From NCBI GenBank assembly GCA_002085155.1, contig NASX01000020.1:29518-61517 (forward strand): a stretch of 32,000 bases of DNA, in the 5' to 3' direction. The notes beneath the pieces were generated by a model. It saw nothing but the letters and a program-made list of their open reading frames with translations, did not search any database and was not told the origin of the DNA. The translations under genes were made by a program, and so were the position numbers. How positions within the stretch are numbered: position 1 is the stretch's first letter; each line of letters begins with the position of its first letter. This document shows, in pieces, positions 18,573 through 26,994 of the stretch. Source of the DNA: Sorangiineae bacterium NIC37A_2. Lineage in GTDB: Bacteria; Myxococcota_A; Polyangia; Polyangiales; Polyangiaceae.

Positions 18573-19768
18573 GTACGCCCTCCTGCGGGGAACAGCTTGT
18601 CCCACGCCTCGATGAGGGCACGCGCTCGGGCCTTCTTTTGCTCGTCGGCCTTCTTGTTCGTGAGACGGTTGCTCCAGCCGGCGCGCAGGTCGAACTTCAC
18701 GCCGAGCGCTTGAACGACGTCGAGGTGCTCCTTGGTCGCGGCACTGGGGGCAGCGGAGAGCAGCTCACGCATGGGCCCCGTGACCGCCTCGCCCCGCAGC
18801 CACTTCTCGATGTCGCCGCTCAGCGCGTCCTTGCTGTGCTTCTCCATGTCGGCGATGGCCTGCTCGGTCTTCGATCGTCGCGGCTCCGGGGCTTTCCACT
18901 CACCCACCGTGCCGATGCCGTAGCCAGCCGCAGTCTTGCCGCCCACGCCCCAGTTCATGAGCGCGTCGGCGAGGAGCTGCGCGGCGAGCTCCGTCCACTC
19001 GGTGGGCCCGCTCAGGGCGAGCAACAGGCGGCATTTCGGACGCACCGTCAGGAACGCCACCGGGTTCGGGCTGTCGTAGTCGCTGGGCGCGCTCTGACCG
19101 GACGAGTCGTAGTAGCCCTTCTGATGCACCGTGAGGACGTCGGCCGCGAAGGGCTTGTTGTCGGCGAAGCTGCCCGGCACGTAGAGCGCGTCGTGGAAGG
19201 TCACCAGCCCCGCCGTCGCGCCCGCCTCGAAGCCGTGCTCGCGCATCGTGGCGTCGTCACGGGCGTCAGGCGCTCCGAAGAGCGCGCGATAGACGGCGCC
19301 AGGACCTCGCTCGATGCGCCGACGGTTCCAGGTCACGCCTTGGTAGTCGGCTCGGACTCGCTCGTCGCCTTGCTGTTCCCAGGGCTTCTTGCCGGGCTCG
19401 GTGGGGCCGTAGGTCGCATCGACGTAGTGCGCGACGAGGCCCTTCAGCGCGGAACCGGGGATGACCGGGACGCCCCAGGTGTGATGCACCGTGAGGCCGA
19501 CGTCGATCGCGCTCGCGTTGCCGTGTCCGATGAGCAGGCGGCTCGCGAGGGTGAGCTCGGCGAGGCGATCTCCGGCGTTCGAGAAGCTCGCCTTCCACCG
19601 CTCGAAGCTTCGCGCGTAGTCGGCCGCGACGCTGATGCCCGTGAGCTCGGTGAGCCACTGCGCGCGCTGGGCGTCGGGCACTTTGCCGTCGTCGCCGACC
19701 GGCCCCCACGCGTCGTAGGCGAGCGCCACATGGTCGGGAGTGCCGACGTTGTGAAGGGCCTGGCGCAT
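18569..19768 (-). CDS. cmr6: Cmr6 (type III-B RAMP subunit)
   Basis: SRLLIGHGNASAIDVGLTVHHTWGVPVIPGSALKGLV and the G-rich loop GVGGKTAAGYGIG. It is last in the canonical cmr1-cas10-cmr3-cmr4-cmr5-cmr6 order. Confidence 0.88.
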   Translation of the reverse strand: MRQALHNVGTPDHVALAYDAWGPVGDDGKVPDAQRAQWLTELTGISVAADYARSFERWKASFSNAGDRLAELTLASRLLIGHGNASAIDVGLTVHHTWGVPVIPGSALKGLVAHYVDATYGPTEPGKKPWEQQGDERVRADYQGVTWNRRRIERGPGAVYRALFGAPDARDDATMREHGFEAGATAGLVTFHDALYVPGSFADNKPFAADVLTVHQKGYYDSSGQSAPSDYDSPNPVAFLTVRPKCRLLLALSGPTEWTELAAQLLADALMNWGVGGKTAAGYGIGTVGEWKAPEPRRSKTEQAIADMEKHSKDALSGDIEKWLRGEAVTGPMRELLSAAPSAATKEHLDVVQALGVKFDLRAGWSNRLTNKKADEQKKARARALIEAWDKLFPAGGRT

Positions 19769-19770
19769 CG

Positions 19771-20157
19771 TCAGGTCTCCTCGAAGGTCGCCTGGACGGC
19801 ACGCTTGAGCCAGGTCGCGACCTGCAGCAGCTCGCGCGTGGCCATCATGTAGCTGTCGGCGTCGAGCCCGCGAACACGCTGGGCGAGGTTCTGTGCCGTT
19901 GCGTCCTCGAGGCCAGGGACGCCCGCCGACGCGAGATGCCCGAGGAGGACGTCTCCACGGTTGCCGAGGCGCTGCACTGAGGCGATGGCCGCGCAGAGGC
20001 CGCTCCGCAGAATATTGGCGCCGAGATCGTTGACCGCGATCTTGTAGTTCTCACGAGATTGCTTGTCGGAAGGCACGCTGTCGACCGCGCTGTAGGCGTG
20101 CAACGCGCGTTGCTGATCGCGCAGCAGCGGCTTCTTTGGAGCTTCAGCCTTGGCCAT
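19771..20157 (-). CDS. cmr5: Cmr5 (type III-B small subunit)
   Basis: I chose ATG 20157..20155 (128 aa). The track ORF from 20271 runs into cmr4. Alpha-helical, with LGANILRSGLCAAIASV ... ELLQVATWLKRAVQA, typical of Cmr5. Confidence 0.8.
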   Translation of the reverse strand: MAKAEAPKKPLLRDQQRALHAYSAVDSVPSDKQSRENYKIAVNDLGANILRSGLCAAIASVQRLGNRGDVLLGHLASAGVPGLEDATAQNLAQRVRGLDADSYMMATRELLQVATWLKRAVQATFEET

Positions 20158-21007
20158 GAGTAGCTCCGTTCTTCGTGAAGGGGATGATGCGGCAGCGACC
20201 ACGCCCGGTCGTCGCCTTCCCACCAAGTTGGTGAACCTCTTCGCCCGAGAGCGCGAAGCCCAACACCTCATCGGGCGTCATGGTCACGTTGCGGCGACGG
20301 CTTCGGTCCGCCGCGACGAGCCCGATGAGCAGGGTCTCGGGAGGCAGGCTCTCTTCGAGCCAGAGCTGGCCCTTGGCGACAGTGCGGGTATCCGCCGCGA
20401 TGCGAACGCGCGCGTCCACCTGCGTTGCCGTCTCCCAAAGGAACGTCATCGTGTCGTCGTCCACGATGGCGAAGCGCTTGGTGAAGATGTCATCGCCGGG
20501 GAAAGCGAGCGGCGCGAGGCGCTGCGCCCACGCGGTCGCCTCTGCGGCCACCGTCGCGGCCAGGTCAAGGTCTTCGAGGTAGAGCCTCTCGTTGAGGACG
20601 CAGACCGTCCCCTGAGCGAGTCGTGCGCCGCGTCCATCGATGCTCGGGATGGTGAGGCCCGTCTCTTCGAGGTCGCGCTTGGCGAGCGTCAGCAAGAGCG
20701 GCGACGTCACCCACGCGAACGTGCCCCGGAAGCTCCGCACCGGCAGCGCAAGCAGGCGGGCGTCGCCGACGACCAGCGCGCCGGCGTGCGCGGCGGGATC
20801 GTCCGACGGCCCGAACACGGCCTCCGTCTTCTCGTGATCGGTCGCGCGTCGCGCGTCGCGCAGCACGCCCTTGATCGATGAGCCCGGCAGGAACGGGATG
20901 CCCGTCGCCTTCATACGCGCCGTCGGCAGATCGATGATGTCCGGCGTGTGCCCGGTACCGGCGTGAAGGGGCGACAGCGCGTGCAGGAGGAAGGGTCTCG
21001 TGTTCAT
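20144..21007 (-). CDS. cmr4: Cmr4 (type III-B backbone RAMP, target-RNA cleaving subunit)
   Basis: LLHALSPLHAGTGHTPDIIDLPTARMKATGIPFLPGSSIKGVLRD, which includes the D in the DLP context that corresponds to the catalytic Asp. ATG 21007 overlaps the cmr3 stop (ATGA). Confidence 0.9.
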   Translation of the reverse strand: MNTRPFLLHALSPLHAGTGHTPDIIDLPTARMKATGIPFLPGSSIKGVLRDARRATDHEKTEAVFGPSDDPAAHAGALVVGDARLLALPVRSFRGTFAWVTSPLLLTLAKRDLEETGLTIPSIDGRGARLAQGTVCVLNERLYLEDLDLAATVAAEATAWAQRLAPLAFPGDDIFTKRFAIVDDDTMTFLWETATQVDARVRIAADTRTVAKGQLWLEESLPPETLLIGLVAADRSRRRNVTMTPDEVLGFALSGEEVHQLGGKATTGRGRCRIIPFTKNGATHGQG

Positions 21008-22161
21008 GGGGTGTTCCTTGTGGGGCGCCAGACGCCGGGGACGACGCGGCCGAAGCCCTCGTCGGTGCGAGTGCCGAGGGCGGCGAGCCAGAGCGACTTG
21101 GCCTCAGTTTCGCCGAAGGGCTTCCCGTCGACGCGCTCGAAGAAGTACACGGCGCCCGGGGGCACCATGCGCGAGGTGGGCTTGGGTTCGCCCTTCGCCA
21201 TGTCCCAGCCCGACACGTGGATCGGACGAAGTACGAACGCCGCGCGCAGGATGACGTTGAGCCCGGCGAGCTGACCTAGATACTCGCCGTTCGTGTTCAC
21301 GAAGCCGTCGGGCAGCCAGCCCTTCGCGAAGCAGAGCGGCGAGGCCGCAACGAGCCGCAGACCCGGGCTGGCCGCACGGAACGCCTCGATCACGCGCGCC
21401 GGAGGCTCGAACAGCGTCGTCGGCAGCGACTCGACAAGCGAAATCCGCGAGTCAGAGCCCAACGTCGCGACCTTGGGCAGCTCGCCGGCAGGCAACGCGA
21501 CCTCGACTCCGAGTGCCCACTCGCCACCAGAGTCGAGGGTCTCGACGACGTCGTGCGAGAAGAGGACGCCGTCGTCGGTGGTGAGTTCCTCCGGGCGGAC
21601 GCCAACGTGGACCTGAACGCGTCGCGTCGTGCCGAGCGCTTCATCGCGAACGCTCACAGGCTTGCCGGCGAGCCACGAGACGAACTCCTCGCTGCTCCAC
21701 CATCGAGGACTCGCCAGCGGCTTCTGCGCGTCGTCGGGCACCGGGCGCCAGAGCGCCTCTCGGGCATCGTCGTTGTCGCGTCCAATCGTCGGCGCGATGG
21801 GCTGCACGGGATCGAGTCGATGAACCTCGTTTCGACCTTCGAGCCAGAGCGCATCGAGAGGCACGGGCCAGGTCGCGTCCTCGACGCGCCAAGCGGCGCC
21901 ATGCTCGCGACGAAGCACCAGGGTTCGTCCGAGCTGAATGGGCTGCGTGCGGCTTCGCCAGTCGTCTGGCGTGAAGGTGGTGCCCGACCGGGTCTCTTCG
22001 CCGCGCCCCCACAGCGAGCGCAGCGCTCCGAGCACCGTCGAGGGCCAGGGCCAGTCGAGCCCGTGGCCGCGCCCCGAGGCGCTCGTGTGCCAGCCCCGAC
22101 CATCCTTGGCGAAGAAACCGTCTCGTGGGACCAGGGCCAGGTGCGTGGTGGTGGTCGTCAT
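21004..22161 (-). CDS. cmr3: Cmr3 (type III-B)
   Basis: I chose ATG 22161..22159, which overlaps the cas10 stop (ATGA). LALVPRDGFFAKDGRGW ... WPWPSTVLGALRSLWG is Cmr3-like. Confidence 0.85.
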   Translation of the reverse strand: MTTTTTHLALVPRDGFFAKDGRGWHTSASGRGHGLDWPWPSTVLGALRSLWGRGEETRSGTTFTPDDWRSRTQPIQLGRTLVLRREHGAAWRVEDATWPVPLDALWLEGRNEVHRLDPVQPIAPTIGRDNDDAREALWRPVPDDAQKPLASPRWWSSEEFVSWLAGKPVSVRDEALGTTRRVQVHVGVRPEELTTDDGVLFSHDVVETLDSGGEWALGVEVALPAGELPKVATLGSDSRISLVESLPTTLFEPPARVIEAFRAASPGLRLVAASPLCFAKGWLPDGFVNTNGEYLGQLAGLNVILRAAFVLRPIHVSGWDMAKGEPKPTSRMVPPGAVYFFERVDGKPFGETEAKSLWLAALGTRTDEGFGRVVPGVWRPTRNTP

Positions 22162-23939
22162 GCTGCCACCTCCTGGCTGCGGCGTTCGCGGATCGCAGCG
22201 CGATCGAAGGTGCGGGCGATGAGCAGCCTCGCGACCCACGCGTCAACTTGGGAATGAAGCGCCTTGTATTTAGCTATCGGATCGAGGGCGAGACCGACTT
22301 CGTCGGGACGCAAGCCAGAACCCTCGATGCCAGAGAGCGCGCGTTTCACCTCGAGCGCGAGCACTCGCGACCAGCCGTCGTCATGCGCCTCGTCGGGTTT
22401 GGGCAGGCGCCTGAGCATGTTGGCGATCTCGTAAACCTTGCGCGAAGGGATTCGGTCTCCCAGCATCGCGGTCGCATCGTTCAGCGCGCAAACCGGGTTG
22501 CTGTTCCACGGCGCGCACCACGTACGCGTTCCGCCGGAGCGTTTGTCGACGAGCACCGCGAGCGCGTTGCGATCGCGCTTCGCCTCGCGTTCGGCCTGAC
22601 GCCCGAGCGTGAGCAGGTCACCCATGCTCTCCATGACGTGGCCGATTCCGAGGCCCACCGACAAGGTCGGGCGCTTGTCGGCGGCGAGCGAGGCGCAGGC
22701 CGTGGCCATCGCGCTCTCGAAGGCAGTGCGCAGCGCATCGGCGCAGGCGAGCGCCTCGGGCAGCGACACGAAGGCAAGCACGTCGTCACCGCCCGCGTAG
22801 ACGAGCGCTCCACGATACTGCTGTTCGACAACGTTACGAGCCGCATCGGCGAAGCCTGCGAGGGCTTTCGAAAACGCACGGTGTGCAGCTGCGGAGTCAA
22901 GCTCGTTGATCGCGCGCCCCATGCGGTCGCCATCGGCGACGAGGCAGGCGACGTAGGGAAACGGCTCATCGAGCTTTCGGAAGAGCGGCCTGACGTGCTG
23001 ACGGCCCCACGCTTCCGGGTCACCCTGAAGTCCCTGTTCTTCGAAGACGGAGCGCCAGCGGCTTGGAAGCAAAACGCTGCCATCGAAGGCGAAGGGCGAC
23101 ACGCACGGGAGGTCCGTGCGAGCGACAGGCGACACGCCTGCCGTGTTGCACGCCGCCTTCAAGGCATCGAGCTCGGTCTTTGCCACCTGGCCCGCGCGTG
23201 CGAGCCAAGAGGCCAGCGCGACGTTCACCACGGGCACGAACTGGTCGGGCTCTCCACCGGCGCGCTTCACCAGCCCCACGGCGTCGAGCTGTTCGCCGTC
23301 GGCGATGCGGTAGCGACGAGCATTGTCACTCGCCCGCTGCCGAGGAGGCAGAAGGACCGACTCGCGCGCTCCGTCGAGACTCGACTTCGGCACGTTCCCG
23401 CGCCCCTGTGTCCAAGGGTCGAAGTCGCGCAGCAGCTTGCGACCGGCGATGGCTTGTTCGAGCTGACGGCGCGTCTCTGCGTAGTCGCCGAGAGGTAGCC
23501 AGCTCGCGGCGAACTCGAGGAAGCTGTCGATTTGCTCGGTCCATACCGCGTCGATGTTCTGCGCAAGCAGCCCGACGCATTTCGCCTTTACAGGTGCCGC
23601 GACCTGGTCGCGCCAGTAGTCGGCCACGGCCTTGCGCGCTGCTCTCGCGAGCTGCTGCGGGTCGACGCCCTCGGGCACCTCGGCAAGGAGCTTGTTCGCG
23701 ATGTTCTGCGGCGGTGTGTTGTCGGCGCGCAATGGCTTGAGGCACCCCTCCAGTTGAGGGTCTCCCTTCTCGAGTGACGGGAAGATGAGTTCGGCTCTAC
23801 CATCGATGAGAGCGCGTGCAGCAGCGCGTCCCAGCTCCGAGAGCAGATGGCTGCCGTACCAAAGATCGCGCGTTCGACGCGCCTGCGCGATGAAGTCCTG
23901 TACAGGGCCGAGCGTGATGAGGAGCAGATGCTCAGTCAT
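22158..23939 (-). CDS. cas10: Cas10/Cmr2 with no N-terminal HD domain and an intact GGDD cyclase motif
   Basis: I chose ATG 23939..23937, which overlaps the cmr1 stop (ATGA). The protein starts directly at MTEHLLLITLGPVQDFIAQARRTRDLWYGSHLLS. Palm motifs are CLVADGDRMG and ALVYAGGDDVLAF. At 593 aa it is too short to hold an HD domain. Confidence 0.92.
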   Translation of the reverse strand: MTEHLLLITLGPVQDFIAQARRTRDLWYGSHLLSELGRAAARALIDGRAELIFPSLEKGDPQLEGCLKPLRADNTPPQNIANKLLAEVPEGVDPQQLARAARKAVADYWRDQVAAPVKAKCVGLLAQNIDAVWTEQIDSFLEFAASWLPLGDYAETRRQLEQAIAGRKLLRDFDPWTQGRGNVPKSSLDGARESVLLPPRQRASDNARRYRIADGEQLDAVGLVKRAGGEPDQFVPVVNVALASWLARAGQVAKTELDALKAACNTAGVSPVARTDLPCVSPFAFDGSVLLPSRWRSVFEEQGLQGDPEAWGRQHVRPLFRKLDEPFPYVACLVADGDRMGRAINELDSAAAHRAFSKALAGFADAARNVVEQQYRGALVYAGGDDVLAFVSLPEALACADALRTAFESAMATACASLAADKRPTLSVGLGIGHVMESMGDLLTLGRQAEREAKRDRNALAVLVDKRSGGTRTWCAPWNSNPVCALNDATAMLGDRIPSRKVYEIANMLRRLPKPDEAHDDGWSRVLALEVKRALSGIEGSGLRPDEVGLALDPIAKYKALHSQVDAWVARLLIARTFDRAAIRERRSQEVAA

Positions 23940-25348
23940 GGAGCCACCACCGTCGTCTGCTTCGTGGCGTGGAGCCAATCGAGGAACGCCTGGCGCAGGC
24001 TGGCCTTGTTCGCGAGCACGGAGAAGCGCGCGGTGTCGCCCTGGGCAACAAGGCGTTCGAAGGGGGCCACGGTTGCCGGATCGACCTCCTTCTCGTTGGG
24101 TCGACCTTGCTTTGGTCGTGCGAGGCCAGCCTGCGCATCATTCGGGAGGCTGCGGTTCAGCCAGAGCGCGCACGGAGCGAAGGTGCCATCAGCGAGCGGC
24201 AGCGCCTTCACGATAAGCGGGCTCGCGAGGCGATCGTGTTCGACGTTGCCCGCACGCCAGCGCAGCTCGAAGGCACCAGGTTCGTCGTAGCGCTCGTTGT
24301 TTCGCCCCTTGGTCTGGAACTGCCCAATGATCGGAAGCCCGAACCCTGCGCGCGGCCATGCAGCCGTCGCGTTGTGCCTCGGCGCGTGGGCGCTCGTCTT
24401 GTTCTTGATGCGCCGGACCTTGTCCGCCTCGGGCCAGTTCGAGATCGAAGGGCGGTTTGGCTGCGCCTTGCCGGTTCCGGGCTCGCGGGCGCGGCTACCC
24501 TGCTGGCCCGTCGTGCCTTGGCGGAACTCCTTCAGCCAGTCGAGCGCCTTCGTCCATGCCGTCTGGGCGTTGCGATCCGCGCTGCCGACGTGGACGGACG
24601 CGCCGCCGAACCACGGCACGTCTTCTGGCGTCCTGGTGGGTGCCGCGAAGATGTCGAGGCCGAACAGGTTCGTGAGCCCTTCGCGAGTAGCGGTAGTCGG
24701 CAGCCAGCCGTTGACGTCACCGATGACCTTCAGGCTCCCGAGTCCGCGTCGCGTGCGCCCCCCGTAGCCGCCGAAGAGAATCCACGCGCGCAGGGCGTTC
24801 TTGAGCTCGACCTCGTCGTTGTCGGTACCCGCAACTTTCAGTGTGAGTACGAACTTCGTACCCGGCTTGCGACGCGGAGCCGGAGGCTTCACGACTTGAC
24901 CCTGCCGCTTTTCGGCTCGCGCGGGCCACAAGGCATACGCGCCGGGCGTTTGCTGAAGGTCGATGTCGCTCGTATCAGGCGAGCCGGGCGTACCCTCGAC
25001 GCTGACGCGGATCTCTACCGCCGAGCGCCCGCCATCATCGGTCGCCGCGCGCCCCCACAGGGCGCTCTCCCGCTTGTACAGCGCGTCGGCGTTCGCGTAC
25101 TGCGCGGCGTACAGGGCTCGCCACCAGAAGCGCAGGTGCCCACGCACCGACGGCGCGCGGATCACGTCGACGTCGTCGATCTCGCGGGTCTGGTGGCTGC
25201 CCCCGAGGATCGGCGTGACGACCTCCAAGTGTACAGAGATCACCCGGAACGCTGGGCCGCCCCGAACCTGATAGGGCCTGCTAGGAGGGAGGTCCTCAAT
25301 GCGGGGCGCGGGGAAAGTGGGACCGCTCATTGAATTGCCTTTGGCCAT
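23936..25348 (-). CDS. cmr1: Cmr1 (type III-B RAMP)
   Basis: VVTPILGGS...IRAPSVRGHLRFWWRALY and the G-rich loop GGYGGRTRRGLGSL. ATG 25348..25346 shares one base with the csb2 stop TGA 25350..25348 (TGATG). An alternative ATG lies at 25330. Confidence 0.85.
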   Translation of the reverse strand: MAKGNSMSGPTFPAPRIEDLPPSRPYQVRGGPAFRVISVHLEVVTPILGGSHQTREIDDVDVIRAPSVRGHLRFWWRALYAAQYANADALYKRESALWGRAATDDGGRSAVEIRVSVEGTPGSPDTSDIDLQQTPGAYALWPARAEKRQGQVVKPPAPRRKPGTKFVLTLKVAGTDNDEVELKNALRAWILFGGYGGRTRRGLGSLKVIGDVNGWLPTTATREGLTNLFGLDIFAAPTRTPEDVPWFGGASVHVGSADRNAQTAWTKALDWLKEFRQGTTGQQGSRAREPGTGKAQPNRPSISNWPEADKVRRIKNKTSAHAPRHNATAAWPRAGFGLPIIGQFQTKGRNNERYDEPGAFELRWRAGNVEHDRLASPLIVKALPLADGTFAPCALWLNRSLPNDAQAGLARPKQGRPNEKEVDPATVAPFERLVAQGDTARFSVLANKASLRQAFLDWLHATKQTTVVAP

Positions 25349-26994
25349 CACTCCCGCCCCCGACAAAGCCCGACCCCAAAATATCGCCCCGCCCCAATCA
25401 ACACCGGACCCTCTACAGGTTCCTCGAATCCCATCTCCACATGCACACAAACACGTGTGACTCCCTTTCCGCCCGCATTCTTCTGCGGAAAGGGCATGTA
25501 GTTTCGAGCCGGGGGAGCCGCGTCGAAGAGCGAGCGGCGAATAATTTCAACCCAGCGGGGCGCGGGGAGGCCGATGCGCTCGCACGCTTTCATCACAATC
25601 TCTTCCGCATTGCGGGCGGCGGCGGCCGCCTCCTTCGGGTCGCTCGAATGAAGGTTGCCCGGGTTCTTATCGAGGGCCACGGGTGTGACTGAACCCCAGC
25701 GGCGCGACCGCTCGGTCCAGTAGCGCGGGGTGAGAGCTTTGCGTGGATCGGTGTCGACTACGCGCTCGAGTCGGAGGGCTCCGACGCGGCCGAGGGTGAG
25801 GCGGAGGCCGCTTTGTTCCCAGCGGCCAATCGCGCGGAGGACGGCCCTTCGCTCTTTGCTCTCTATGTCACGCGGCAAGAGGACAGCGACGCCGAGCACG
25901 TTGCCGGAGGCGTAAGGGGAGGCGACGTCCGCGAGGGGGACGTAGGCGACGTGCGGGCGGTCGAGGGGCTTTCCGGTCGAGTCGTGCCCGCTGAGGACGG
26001 CGGGAATCGCGCCGTCGGCGTGGCTGAGGAGGGCGCCACGCAGCGCCCGGGTGATGTCCTCTGTTTTGGAAAGCTTGACGCCAACGCGGCGGCCGCTCTC
26101 GCCGGCTATTTCGCGGAAGACGACCCATTCGCCAAACACAGACGAGGCGGACTCGGAGGCCCTTTCAGCGCCTTCGAGCTCGTAGCTCTGGTGCACAGCA
26201 GGAAGAACTCGAGGTTCGAATCCCCGATGTCTTTCAAAGGCACCCTCGAGGCGACTGAGCTGTCCTTCACTCACAATACGCATAGAAACTCCTTGCTTCG
26301 CAGAGGGGCGCCAGCGCTTGAGCCCCGTGCGCTCGGGCGTCTTTCCTTCGATCACTCGACAGGACACGAACGACGACGAGTGTCCGAGTCGCACCATCTT
26401 CTGGCTGAGGGCCTGGAGTGACGTCTTCACGTCCTCGGGCGCTTCGGCGCCGGGCCAAACGTAACGAACCTGAGGCACATGCGGCGCCATCGCGGGCATC
26501 GTGCGCGCCTGACGCCCCCTTCGGTCCGGGAGCATCTTCTGCGCGCGGTCGGGATCGCCCTTGCCGTCGTCTGCGACGATCTTGGCGGTTTCGGCGAGGA
26601 AGGCCTTCTCTGCTTTGGCCAGGGCAGTTCCTGCCGATTTGATCGCCTTCTTGTCGCCTGAGGCTTCGGCCGTGGCGAGAGCTTGGCGCGCACGCTCGAG
26701 CTTCTCCTCGGCCGCGCCCCAGCCGTCTACGACGCCAGAGGAGTTTCCCGGGACGAACGTCGGGATCAGCGAACGCTGTTCCGCGTCGCTGGCTTCGATC
26801 TCGGGGGCGCCTTGTCGTTCGAGCCATTCGAGGGCCGGGCGTGCGGACGAGGTAAGCTCTTCGTGTTCATGAGCGGTCGCCACGAGCGCCGAGAACAGGC
26901 GCGCTGGGTGGGGGGGCCACTCGGGCGCGCTTCTGTCGTTGAAGCTCGTCGCCACGTAGCGGCCCGTGAGGAGCTCGACCTCGAGAGCAATCAC
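25348..26994 (-). CDS. csb2: Csb2 (type I-G/I-U Cas5-Cas6 fusion, GSU0054 family)
   Basis: MIALEVELLTGRYVATSFNDRSAPEWPPHPARLFSALVA is the characteristic Csb2 N-terminus. The start is GTG 26994..26992 and overlaps the csb1 stop (GTGA). Confidence 0.88.
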   Translation of the reverse strand: MIALEVELLTGRYVATSFNDRSAPEWPPHPARLFSALVATAHEHEELTSSARPALEWLERQGAPEIEASDAEQRSLIPTFVPGNSSGVVDGWGAAEEKLERARQALATAEASGDKKAIKSAGTALAKAEKAFLAETAKIVADDGKGDPDRAQKMLPDRRGRQARTMPAMAPHVPQVRYVWPGAEAPEDVKTSLQALSQKMVRLGHSSSFVSCRVIEGKTPERTGLKRWRPSAKQGVSMRIVSEGQLSRLEGAFERHRGFEPRVLPAVHQSYELEGAERASESASSVFGEWVVFREIAGESGRRVGVKLSKTEDITRALRGALLSHADGAIPAVLSGHDSTGKPLDRPHVAYVPLADVASPYASGNVLGVAVLLPRDIESKERRAVLRAIGRWEQSGLRLTLGRVGALRLERVVDTDPRKALTPRYWTERSRRWGSVTPVALDKNPGNLHSSDPKEAAAAARNAEEIVMKACERIGLPAPRWVEIIRRSLFDAAPPARNYMPFPQKNAGGKGVTRVCVHVEMGFEEPVEGPVLIGAGRYFGVGLCRGRE

